Made by a program: the position numbers and the translations under genes. A stretch of 64,000 nucleotides of DNA from Heteronotia binoei (lineage: Eukaryota), in contig NC_083229.1 of the NCBI RefSeq assembly GCF_032191835.1, forward strand, positions 14,012,001-14,076,000. The letters are read 5' to 3'. This document shows positions 22,884-33,660 of this stretch, in pieces (position 1 is the stretch's first letter; each line of letters opens with the position of its first letter). Below the pieces are notes generated by a model that saw nothing but the letters and a program-made list of their open reading frames with translations, made no database searches and was not told where the DNA came from.

Positions 22884-23187
22884 AGCGGCCCCGTGGCGCA
22901 GAGTGGTAAAGCATCAGTACCACAGTACTGTGATCTGAACTCTCTGCTCACGACCTGAGTTTGATCCCAGCAAAAGCTGGATCTGGTAGCCGGCCCAATA
23001 TTGACAGAGCCTTCCATCCTTCCGAGGTCGGTAAAATGAGTGCCCAGCTTGGTGGGGGGAAGGTGTAAAAGACTGGGGAAGGCAATGGCAAACCACCCCG
23101 TAAAAAGTCTGCCGTGAAAACGTTGTGAAAGAAACGTCACCCCAGAGTCGGAAACGACCGGTGCTTGCACAGGGGATCTTTCCTTTC
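22884..23187 (+). mobile_element. Sauria-like SINE, full length with TSD
   Basis: tRNA-like head GGCCCCGTGGCGCAGAGTGGTAAAG; 12-bp TSD CTTTTCAGGATT at 22872-22883 and 23188-23199. Confidence 0.9.
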
Positions 23188-23357
23188 CTTTTCAGGATTG
23201 CGTTGCCATGCGGGGAATTGAAGGTTGCTGAAGCTCAGAATGTGCCCATGGAGCAACTGGTGGGAAATCAATTGCTTGGTCCAAGAAAAACAGAAGCCTG
23301 GGAGCAGAACAATGCTAGTGGGAAATGTTCCCGGATTTGTTTTTAATATGTTGGATT

Positions 23358-23533
23358 ACACCTTCCAAGGTCGGTCAAATGAGACCCCAGCTTGCTGGGG
23401 GGGGGGGAGTGTAGCTGACTGGGGAAGGCAATGACAAACCACCCCATAAAAAGTCTGCCGTGAAAATGTTGTGAAAGCAACATCATTCCAGAGTCAGAAA
23501 CGACTGGTGCTTGCACAGGGGACCTTTCCTTCC
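23358..23533 (+). mobile_element. Sauria-like SINE, 5'-truncated
   Basis: 3' half of the same consensus. Confidence 0.75.
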
Positions 23534-24439
23534 TTACACATAAATGTGAACGACACAAGAAGCCGCTTTATACTGAATCAGATTTCTGTTCCATAAGGTC
23601 AGTGCTCTCTACTTGGATGGGCAGTGGCTCTCCAAGGTCACAGGCTGCCACATCACCTCACTGCTGTTTGTTCCACAAATCTGTGGTCTGTTTCACCCAA
23701 TAGAAACGCTCTGTGAAGTCTAGTTGAGGAGGAAGAAAATAGGACTTATTGCAATAAATGTGTGAGGAGGACAAAGCCATGGTCTGCAAACCAAACTGTT
23801 CCACTCCTTTCAGGATGGTCAAAACCTTATATACCCTTGATGGCATGTTGGCACATGCACGTACTAATTGGCTGCAACATCCAGCATAATTTCATCATGA
23901 TAGTCAGCTACGCACTACTAATACATTTTATCAAGATTGCATCAGCTCATCTGTGGCACACCAAGAAATTCAGTATGGGTGCCTCCAAGGCTTTTTTTGT
24001 AGCAGGAAGTCCTTTGCATATTAGGCCACACCCCCTGATGCCACCAATCCTCCTGGAGCTTACAGGAGGCCCTGCACTAAGAGCCCTGTAAGCTCTTGGA
24101 GAATTGGCTACATTAGGGAGGCGTGGCCTAATATGCAAAGGACCTCTTGCTACAAAAAAAAAAAAAGTAAGCTCGGTGCATCTGTCTTTACCAGTTAAAT
24201 CTGATTTGGGGCCTGAGAGAAGGAACAATAAAGTTTATGTTTCTGCTAGAAATAAAGATGGTATGTAGCTGTCTTGGTCTCAGCACCTGTGCTGAGGGAC
24301 TAACTCTTATTTCGTTTTCAGCCAAGCTTGACTGTTAACCCTTAAAAATCTTAATTAAGCATACTTGTTGCCTTTCCAACTAAAGTTGTCTCCCACCTAT
24401 CTGATTAATAATAATAATTTTTTAAAAAATTAAAAACCT

Positions 24440-25214
24440 GGGGTGCGGTCACACGTACCATTAGTGACGACACAGCTCCATCTGGCTGACAGATTAAATG
24501 TGTTCGTTCAGACAGCCACATCTGGCAATCGAGCGTCATCCAGGTTCATCCAGGCTTGCTACGCATGAATGGCGCATTAATTTGACAGTACATAAAATCC
24601 GGCCCTTTTTCAAAACAGCGGCACAAGATCGGCTTTTTGTTGTTTGGACAGCTCACGCATGATACTGCCTCTCACCTTTTTTTTTTTAAAGAAAGCCCCA
24701 GCAGACATGCGCATTGCCAAATCATCCGGGAATCTGAGGTGACGCTTCTGCTTCTCCAATCAATACAGGATCGGAGGGGGGGGGGGGGAACGTTATCCCA
24801 CTATTCAGAACAGGAAAAAATTCTTCTTCTTTTTTTTTCAATGTGGAGGATTTCAAGATATCATTGTCACTGGCAATTTCTAGGAAAATAATTCCTGGCA
24901 GTTCCGTGGTTTGGATCGGCAATGTAAATTTTGGAAACTTTCGCCCTTCCCCCCTGCCTCTAAAGAAAGTTTTGATTTCCCAGCTCCAAACAGTTGGGCG
25001 CATGTTCAATGGACCCCCTCCCCTCCCAGAAATCACCATCTGATTACGCATGCTCCAAGAAAGGAGCGTGATAGTATTGGATGTCTGATCGCGCACAACA
25101 GAATGAATTGCATTCTTGGATGCTCGTCTGAACTGCCCTGCATCGAATCAATATTCAGCAGTTCAGATTTGAGCGCTATACACCCGCTTTTAATGGTAGG
25201 TGTGACCGCACCCC
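24440..25214. mobile_element. Non-autonomous PIF/Harbinger-like DNA element
   Basis: 24-bp TIRs GGGGTGCGGTCACACGTACCATTA (24440-24463) / TAATGGTAGGTGTGACCGCACCCC (25191-25214) with one mismatch; possible 3-bp TSD CTG / CTA; no transposase ORF. Confidence 0.7.
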
Positions 25215-25399
25215 TAGAGATGTCAGGGACTGAACTGGGAAACTTCTGCTTGCCAAGCAGATGCTTTGCCACTGAGCCACAATCCCTCCCCTTGATTTTG
25301 GACCAATGTCGTGAATGCTGAACAAAACTCAAGCACAATGTTCCCAAACAATAATAGCTCAACCTATAACTGCAAAGAGATTCAAATCTGAATCACCTG

Positions 25400-25970
25400 C
25401 TATCTTGGGGGATGGGACTATAGGAGTGGCCGCCTGCCTGGGATCAGTATTAACCTGCCCCTCACCTGGCCCAAGGAGGACATTGCAGCCTGTTCCCTAC
25501 ACTAGTTGCCTTGTGCCTCTGCTGCTAGCTGGCCCCTGGCTAGCCCAATGTCTCTGGGCATCACAGAAAACTGGAAAGTGGCATTACATTGGGCTTCTGA
25601 GGTCCCCCCCCCACCCAACACTTCCCTTCTTGGCATAGTCTCCTGTCTCCTCAGAGGTGTGTGCAGGACAACATCAGGTAAGACACTGGGCACATATTTA
25701 TTTGGTAATTGCTTCTAGAGAATTTCCCCTGTTGTTAACATCACATCGTGAGAACTCAGGAACTCAGAGTACAAAAATAACCATACCCCAGATGGTAATC
25801 ATCTTCTGCAAAAAATAAACGGAAATAAGAAGCCCACACAGCTTGCTCCTTGTTCATTGCCCATCTCAGTGCCCTGAAGTTCTACTTGCAAAGCTTCCTT
25901 GAAGGACACCTTGAGAGCTTTGGAGTCTTCTTGATCTTTGATGCTGGACTGTTCCAGAAGAGGTAAGTTT
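25400..25970 (+). promoter_or_regulatory. Upstream module of the 28051 gene: candidate exon 1 (ends 25677) and exon 2 (25870-25962)
   Basis: CAG|GTAAGA at 25678, CATCTCAG acceptor at 25868-25869, GAG|GTAAGT at 25963. Confidence 0.6.
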
Positions 25971-26316
25971 GAGATATCCCATAACCACTCTTTCATTTGC
26001 CTTAGGAGAACATTGGCATTAACTACGCATCTTTTTAACGTATGATAGAGAGATTTGATCTATTGGGATATCTATTAACATCATGAGGAGTCAAGGGAAG
26101 GGGAAGCTGCTATGGAAGTAGGCTGGCTGACAAGAGACCAGATGAGGGAGTGGACAAGACAACGGAGTTGTGGGGAGAAGAGACAGGGGGGCAGGGATGG
26201 TTGGACAGGCTTTGTGGAGAGCCAGCATGATTTAGTGGTTAAAAGTGTTGAGTTGTGCCCTAGAGAACTGGGTTTGATACCCCACTCTTCCTCCTTGTGA
26301 AGCATGCTGGGTGACC

Positions 26317-26769
26317 ACGATGGTGTGGGGTCTGGAGACCAAGTCCTATGAGGAAAGGTTGAAGGAGCTTGGGATGTTTAGCCTGGAGAGGAGGTGGCTG
26401 AGAGGTGATATGATCACCATCTTCAAGTACTTGAAGGGCTGTCATCTAGAGGATGGTGTGGAATTGTTTTCTGGGGGCCCAGAAGGTAGGACCAGAACCA
26501 ATGGGTTGGAATTAAATCAAAAGAGTTTTCAGCTCAACATTAGGAAGAACTTCCTGACTGTTAGAACGATTCCTCAGTGGAACAGGCTCCCTCAGGAGGT
26601 GGTGGGCTCTCTTTCCTTGGAGGTTTTTAAACAGAGACTAGATGGCCATCTGACAGCAATGAAGATCCTGTGAATTTAGGGGAAGGTATTTGTGAGTTCC
26701 TGCATTGTGCCAGGGGTTGGACTAGATGACCCTGGAGGTCCCTTCCAACTCTATGATTTTATGATTCTA
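26317..26769 (+). mobile_element. CR1 3' end nested in a MIR/Squam3-like SINE
   Basis: ORF 26311..26673 with CR1 C-terminus; TGACC on both sides (26312-26316, 26770-26774). The same insertion is present at 35629-36072 and 51141-51584. Confidence 0.9.
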
Positions 26770-27170
26770 TGACCTTGGGCCAGTCAGAGTTCTCTCAGCA
26801 CTCTCTCAGCCTCTCCTGCTTCATAAGTTGCTAATTGTGTGGAGAGGAAAGAAAGATGATTGTGAGCTGCTTTGAGTCTCCTTAAGGAGACTGAAGAAAA
26901 AAAGGAAGGTAGAGGGGGAGGAGAAGTTGCTGGCTAATGTTGAGAGTAAAGGGAGGAAGGGAAAATGGGAAAAATGGGAAAAATGGGAGATGGAAGTGTC
27001 GTAGGAGTCAGATATCATGATTCTGGTGTCAGAAGACAGTGAGTGAATTTCCCTGTGAGTTTTTCAAAGGTCACTTCTAGATCTCTTCAGTTTCTTGACT
27101 GATTAGGAAAAGGCTATTCCTGAGTGCTCAAGTGGTGACTTTGTACATGTTGTCAAAGAGTTCTGAAAAG

Positions 27171-27462
27171 AAGATATTGAAGAATATATTGGATTTATAT
27201 CCCACCCTATATTCTGAATCTCAGAGTCTCAGAGCGGTCACAGTCTCCTTTACCTTCCCCTGGCCCCACAACAGAAACCCTGTGAGGTAGATGGGGCTGA
27301 GAGAGCTTTTACAGCAGCTTCCCTTTCAAGGACAGCTCCTACGAGAGCTATGGCTGACCCAAGGCCATTCCAGCAGCTGCTGCAAGTGAAGGAGTGGCGA
27401 ATCAAACCTGGTTCTCCCAGATAAGAGTCTGCACATTTAACCACTACACCAAACTGGCTCTC
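27171..27462 (-). mobile_element. Squam3-like SINE (orthologous copies at 36471-36760 and 51982-52271)
   Basis: Family consensus with identical flanks in the three units. Confidence 0.8.
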
Positions 27463-28050
27463 CAAAAGTAGAGTTTTCATGAGTCAGAAAACAAAAAAGT
27501 TTTCTACTCTTTGTCTACAGTTTTTCAGGAATGATCCTTTGGCTGAGGGCTACAATCCCAGAGAATTCTATACCAACTGGATGTGGTGAGTTAATTCTGG
27601 GAAATTATTGTGCCTTTAGAATACAAACACTTTCTCTTATGTTGTTGAAATGTGTGATACTGACTCCTTTGTGTGATGCGTACAGTCCTTGAGAATTTCA
27701 TCCTGATTGATTAACAGGGATAGAAGATCCTAGAGGGCGCCTATAGAGAAAGAGTTATTGTGTAAATTCCTGTCTTCATGTATGTTTTGTAAACCGTTTC
27801 TGCCCTAGAAATAGCTTTTGCGGTTGTAATAGAAGAAGTGGAGTTAGAAAATATTTATAAGGATTGCCATTTCAATCTTAATTCAATCATTTTTTTTTTT
27901 CAAATGATCCAATGTTTAGGGCAAGAGACGAAAGGCAAAAAATTAAGCTGCGCGGTTATTTGCTCATCTACTTGGAATATAACATTACCTTTCTTGTCTC
28001 TTCTCTCCTGCCAGGATTGTCTATAAAACAAAAAGCCTAGATTGCCTGCA

Positions 28051-29028
28051 ATGGCCAATTTCAGCAAGACATCCTTGTCCTCTGTGGATTATGGACCACA
28101 ATCTGATGCTATGTACATTAATACTCTGTCACCGAGTCATAATATTTCCAATGGTGGACCAGATGAGAATTCCAGTTCTGATTCTAGCTTCATGTTATAT
28201 ATTCACATCTTCATGTTATATATTTGCATCGTTGGACTTGTGGGGAATGGAATTGTCATCTACCTTCTCTGTTTCTGCATTAAAAGGAACCCTTTTACAA
28301 TGTGCATCCTGAACCTGGCTGTTGCTGACTTTGGGGTCCTTCTGATCCTTAATCTGAGTGTTATTTTAATACTGACCGACATAGAAAATGAACATGGGTT
28401 TACATTTCTTCAGTGGTTTGCCTTATTCATGTATACTGCGAGTCAACTTCTATTGATCGCCATCAGCATTGACAGGTGTGCCTCTGTCCTCTTCCCCATC
28501 TGGTATCGATGCCACCGGCCACGACAACTGTCCACCACAGTGTGTGCCCTGTTGTGGGTTCTCTCCTTCCTGACCTCTGGCAGTACAGCAATTTTGCAGC
28601 ATTTTGGGGCATCCTGGACAGTTTATTATACATTTACTGCAGGTTCTGTTGTTTTCTTCCCTCTGGTCATTACCTCCACCATGATTCTGTTGTTCAAGGT
28701 GTTCTGTAAAGCACAGCCGCGTCAGAGAGGAAGAGTTCTAACCATTGTGTTAGTTACTCTCCTTTTCTACTTAATCTTTGCTTTCCCCATGAATGCTATT
28801 TACACACTCAATTATTTTGCTGACGATAAACACGTACATCTAGAAATGTATGCCGACTTATGCGCCTGCCTCAACAGCTGTGTCAACCCGTTGATCTATT
28901 TCTTGGTTGGGAGGAAGGAGATGAGTCAACAAAGGCAGACCCTGAAGGTTCTTCTCCAAAGGGCTTTCCAGGAGGAGGAAGCACAGATAGAGGAACAGAA
29001 ACCGGGCAACAAAACTACATCCATCTGA
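28051..29028 (+). CDS. MAS1/MRGPR-family GPCR, 325 aa, intact
   Basis: MANFS start after acceptor AG 28013-28014; GLVGNG, ILNLAVADF, AISIDRC, IFAFP, NSCVNPLIYF, LKVLLQRAF; no frameshift. Confidence 0.95.
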   Translation: MANFSKTSLSSVDYGPQSDAMYINTLSPSHNISNGGPDENSSSDSSFMLYIHIFMLYICIVGLVGNGIVIYLLCFCIKRNPFTMCILNLAVADFGVLLILNLSVILILTDIENEHGFTFLQWFALFMYTASQLLLIAISIDRCASVLFPIWYRCHRPRQLSTTVCALLWVLSFLTSGSTAILQHFGASWTVYYTFTAGSVVFFPLVITSTMILLFKVFCKAQPRQRGRVLTIVLVTLLFYLIFAFPMNAIYTLNYFADDKHVHLEMYADLCACLNSCVNPLIYFLVGRKEMSQQRQTLKVLLQRAFQEEEAQIEEQKPGNKTTSI

Positions 29029-29559
29029 TACCACCATCATAGCAAAATGCATCTTGCTTTGCCAAAAAAGTTGTAATTGTCACCCTCTGACCTTGTCCCT
29101 CCCACATGCCATGAACCTCAGAGCTCCTTTGGTTCACAAGGTCTCATCCAGCCAGAGGAAAAGTGAGGATTTGTCTTGTACAAAGTCAGTACACCGCGAT
29201 CAGGAGGATGCACAATCCCTTGCATCTCCAGAGATGATGGTTTCGTATCCATGCTTTTTCATGTGCATTCTTATTTCATGTATCCGATTCAGTTTTGAAG
29301 TTTGCTTTTGTAGTGCATTGAGTATAAACGCTTCCCAATAAACTGCTTAATTTGTATCAGTAACATTTTGGATTCTGTGCCTTCCTTGTGACAAGCAAGT
29401 ACCCACCAGAGTAGAAGTCACTCACAGGAAAAGAGACCTCCTACTTATGATGATTAGATTAACATGATGTGCAATTAATTGCATCTCCTGGAGTCACCCT
29501 AATGCATGTGAAATAAGTGTATTGAGCATAAACACTTTCCAATAAACTGTTTAATTTGC

Positions 29560-29789
29560 TATCAAAGATTTCAGGTTTTCACGGCTGGCATCATCATTAG
29601 GGCTTGTAGAATCTTTCAGGCTCAAGTGCCGTGTTCTACTGGAGAAAGTTTTTCTCCCAGATGTTTAGTTGTCAGCTGCGGATGTTCTCAGCTGAGGATG
29701 TTCTCCGCAGCTGAGAACGAAACGTCTGGAAGAAAAACTTTCTCCAGTAGAACACGGCACTTGAGCCCGAAAGATTCTACAAACCCTAT
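29560..29789. mobile_element. Penelope-like element remnant forming a ~190-bp palindrome
   Basis: Arms AGGGCTTGTAGAATCTTTCAGGCTCAAGTGCCGTGTTCTACTGGAGAAAGTTTTTC / GAAAAACTTTCTCCAGTAGAACACGGCACTTGAGCCCGAAAGATTCTACAAACCCT. The 12-mer TGTTTAATTTGC flanks it on both sides (29548-29559, 29790-29801). It contains a CTGAnGA...GAAACGTC core typical of Penelope pLTRs. Confidence 0.7.
29692..29726 (+). ncRNA. Hammerhead-ribozyme core (minimal type-I, Penelope-type), stem I disrupted
   Basis: CUGAGGA (29692-29698), stem II GUUCUC / GAGAAC with 7-nt loop, GAAAC (29719-29723), GUC triplet (29724-29726). Confidence 0.55.
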
Positions 29790-30669
29790 TGTTTAATTTG
29801 CATCAGTAAAATTTGGGGCTTTCTGTCTACGAACAGGCAAGTACCTGCTGGGATAGTAGGAACCCATGGAATCAGAGACCTCCTCCTAAATATGACCAAA
29901 TATTAATGAAAGGGCAGCTTCTGTGAGAGCTCTCTCAGCCCCATCTACCTCACAGGGTGTTTGTTGTGGGGGTGAAAGGTAAAGGGAGATGGTGAGGTGC
30001 TCTGGGACTTTGAGATTGAGAATGAAGGGTGGGATACAAATTCAATTTCTTCTTCTTCTCCTCCTTCTTCTTCAGAGATATAGTTTTGATTTCATCCCTG
30101 GGCCCCAAAAAATGCACCATATTAGACCAATAACAACCTTTATCAGAATTTTGTTATTTGTATTTTTAAGGTGGTTCCTTCAGGAAGCCTCAGTGCTCGT
30201 ATGGGAAGTGTTTGGCCAGCAATGAATCGGAAGGCTTTGCACCTGCTTCGAGTAAAAGAAACTGGCTTACTCCATCACATACATACAGCTTAACAAGACG
30301 AGGACATTTATGATACTGAGGAAGTGGCAACACGAAATGCGTCTATTGTAACTTGTATGCTGTACCACTAAAATTACTATGGGCTCTGTTGAAATTGGTT
30401 TAATTGTCTCTGTATGGTTGAATGCTCGCATAGAGCGAGTTACAGTAATCCAGCCTGCAGGTGACCATTGTGTCTGTCACTATAGCTAGGTCCTGAGTGT
30501 AGGGCGTAGATGTCTGATCTGCCAAAGGCAGTAAAAGGCAAACCTGGCAACTGCAGTGACGTGGGCCTCCATAGACATTTGGAATCTGTCCCTTCCTGCT
30601 TGGTTGTCCCCACGTGCAGCCAATTACATCATGCTAGGGATATCCCTAGAGGCTGCCTAGGGATAAAAG

Positions 30670-30999
30670 TTTCAGTTTCAGTTTATTTCAGTTTATATCC
30701 CGCCTTTCCCACCGAAGCGGCTCAGGGCGGCTTACAACATATAAAATCTAACATAAAGTTTGGTTTTAAAAAAACATCAATTTGCAACAATTTAAAACAG
30801 TAAAATAGTAAAACATATAGAACAAACGATGTGCCAAAGTGCTACACTACAACCTTCCATAAAGTTTCCAATGTCAGTTAGTTATAGGCCAGCCGGAAGA
30901 GGGCTGTCTTACAGGCCCTGCGGAACTGCCCAAGGTCCCGCAGGGCCCTCACCTCTTCCGGCAGCTGGTTCCACCAGCAAGGAGCCTTTACCGAAAAGG
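30670..30999 (-). mobile_element. LINE 3' fragment (L2-like tail) with TAAAAG TSD; hosts the amplification breakpoint
   Basis: TAAAAG at 30664-30669 and 31000-31005. The paralogous empty site is at ~13372-13400 (GGCTGCCTAGAGACAAAACCACACTGACC). Confidence 0.7.
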
Positions 31000-31009
31000 T
31001 AAAAGCACT

Positions 31010-31750
31010 CTGACCTCAACCCCTCCCTCTACCCTGGGGGATGGGCCTATATCAGGGGTGGCCAACGGTAGCTCTTCAGATGTTTTTTGCCTACAGCTCC
31101 CATCAGCCCCAGCTAGCATGGCCAATGGCTGGGGCTGATGGGAGTTGTAGGCAAAAAAGCATCTGGAGAGCTACCGTTGGCCACCCTTGGCCTATAGGAG
31201 TGCCTGCCTGCCTGGGGCCACCAATCCCCTGCCCCTAACCTAGACCCAGGTGGTCACTGCAACCTTTTTCCTACTCTTGCTGCCTTGTGTGTTGGCTGTT
31301 GGCTGGCCCCTGGCTGGCTTGGTGTCTCTGGGCATCATGGCATGCTAGGAAACAGTCTCACATTGGGCTACTGAGGTTCCCTCCCGAACACTTCCCTTGG
31401 CACAGTCTGGAGGCCGCTGTCTCCTCAGAGGCATGTGAAGGACGACACCAGGTAAGACCCTGGATGCATATTTATTTGTTTTTTTTTTCCTATTGAGTTG
31501 CCCCATGTTGTTAACATCACATAATGAGAACTCAGGAACTCAGAGTACAAAAATAACCACACCCCAGATGGTAATCATCTTCTGCAGAAAATAAAGGGAA
31601 ATAAGAAGCCCACACAGCTGGCTCCTTGTTCATTGCCCATCTCAGTGCCCTGAAGGTCTACTTTCAAAGCTTCCTTGAAGGACACCTTTAAGGCTTTGGA
31701 GTCATCTTGAACAGTTGATGTTGGGGTCATTCCAGAAGAGGTAAGTATGA
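31010..31750 (+). promoter_or_regulatory. Orphan upstream module with intact splice sites: exon 1 (ends 31451), exon 2 (31646-31740); contains MITE 31053-31189
   Basis: CAG|GTAAGA 31452, CATCTCAG 31644-31645, GAG|GTAAGT 31741. It is closely similar to 13390-14130, but no receptor exon follows before the downstream module at 32448. Confidence 0.6.
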
Positions 31751-32249
31751 GATATCCCTATGGCCACTTTTTTGCCTGTCTTCAGAATCATTGGCATTAA
31801 CTACATAGCTTTTTAACTTATAAAGCAGAGATGTGATCTATTGGAAATCAATTAACATCATGAGGAGTCAAGAGAAGGGAAAGCTGGCATGGAAGTGGAG
31901 TGGCTAACAAGACACCAGATGGGGGGAGGGTGGGGGGGTAGACAACAGAGTTGTGGGGAGTGGAGGCAGGGGGTCAAGGATGGGATGGATAGGCGTTATG
32001 GAGAACTAGCATGATGTAACGGTTGAACGTGTCAGATTGTGACCTGGATGTGGGTTTTATATCCCACCTTCTTCTCCACATGAGGCCTGGCTGGGTGGCC
32101 TTGGGCCACTCACAGTTATCTCAGAACTCTTTCAGCCTTACCTGCCTAACAAGTTGTTGGTTGTGGGTAGAGGAAGGAATGGTGATTGTAAGCTGCTTTG
32201 AGATAAGGTGCAACAAAGTGGAATATGGAAATTTTGTCTTCTTCTATGG

Positions 32250-32420
32250 CTACGCCTGTAGCTGCCACAACCCCCTTTGGGTGAAGAAGTACTTACTTTT
32301 ATCAGTTCTAACCTGACTGCTCAGCAATTTCATTGAATGTCCACGAGTTCTTGTATTGTGAGAAATGGAGAAAAGTAGTTCTTTCTCTACCTTCTCTGTC
32401 CCATGCATAATCTTGTAAAC
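32250..32420 (-). mobile_element. CR1 fragment at the site of the missing coding exon (copies at 47760-47940, 63285-63460)
   Basis: GGGTGAAGAAGTACTT...GGAGAAAAGTA matches the 4010-4405 CR1 subfamily. Confidence 0.75.
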
Positions 32421-33564
32421 CTCTTGTAAACCTTCACTACTGAGTGTGTCCTCAACTGGGAATTGCTTTAGAGATACACAGTAGACTCATAGTTTTATTT
32501 GCTCATGCTTCTGGACTGCCTTTTTATTTGTTTACACAGTCGGTATGATTTTTGCATACATTCTTCTGATGGTTTTGTATCCATGCTTTTTCATTTGTAT
32601 TCTTAATTCACATATCTGATTCAGTTTTGCAATTTGCTTTTGTAGTGTATGGAGCATATATAAACTGCTTAATGCCTGTCAGTAGGAAGACACAGAGTCC
32701 AAAATGTTTCCGATATGCATTAAGCAGTTTATATATGCTTCCCTGTTGTGAGGAGAGGAAGGGAAGGAGATTGTACGCCACTCTGAGATTCCAAGTGAAG
32801 GGTGGGGTATAAATCCAACTCCTACTACTACTACGGCCTTTTTTCTTTGTTTCTTTTTGAAGGAATACACAGTTCCCACTGACTTGGCATCAGGGAGTGT
32901 GTCCTGATATGCAGATGAGTTCCAGCTGGGCTTTTTCTATGAAAAAGCCCTGTGTGAAACACCACTGATGTCAGGGGGTGTGGCCTAGGTGGGGTAGATT
33001 GTAAGCCACTCTGAGACTCCAAGTGAAGGGTGGGGTATAAATCCAACTCCTATTCTTACTCATAGCTCTTTTTTTTTTTTGAGCAGGAATGCACAGGAAC
33101 GCAGTCCTAGCTGGCTTGGCATCAGGGGTGTGGGCTAATATGCAAATGAGTCCCTGCTGGGATTTTTCTAGAAAAAAAAGCCTTGCTCCTACTCCTCGCC
33201 CTCTTCCTCCTCCATATTAATGAGTTCTATGCAAATCATTCAAATGTGTAGTTTCCCCTAACTATTGCATACCAGTATGATAAACAGAATTATTCATCTC
33301 AACTCCTGGAAGACTCTGGGAAGCGGAGCCTGTAGTAGGAGGACATCATGGATCCTGTGAAAGTGGTCACATGCCTCACAAAACACCTTCCACTAGGGCT
33401 GTCAATCCCCAGCTGGGGGCAGGGGACCCCCTGTTTTGAAGCCCTCCTCCCACTTCAGGGTCATTAGAAAGTAGAGGGAGGGGGGAAATATCTGCTGGAC
33501 ACTCCATTATTCCCTACGGAGACCTATTCCCATAGGGTATAATGGAGAATTGATCTCCAGGTAT

Positions 33565-33660
33565 CAGAATCATAGAGTTGGAAGGTGCCTCTAGGTTCAT
33601 CTAGTCCAACCCCCTGCACAATGCAGGAAACTCACAAACACCTCCCCCGAAATTCACAGG
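33565..33660 (-). mobile_element. CR1 terminal fragment within unclassified GC-rich repeats (33385-33970)
   Basis: AGAATCATAGAGTTGGAAGG...CTAGTCCAACCCCCTGCACAATGCAGG. Confidence 0.7.
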
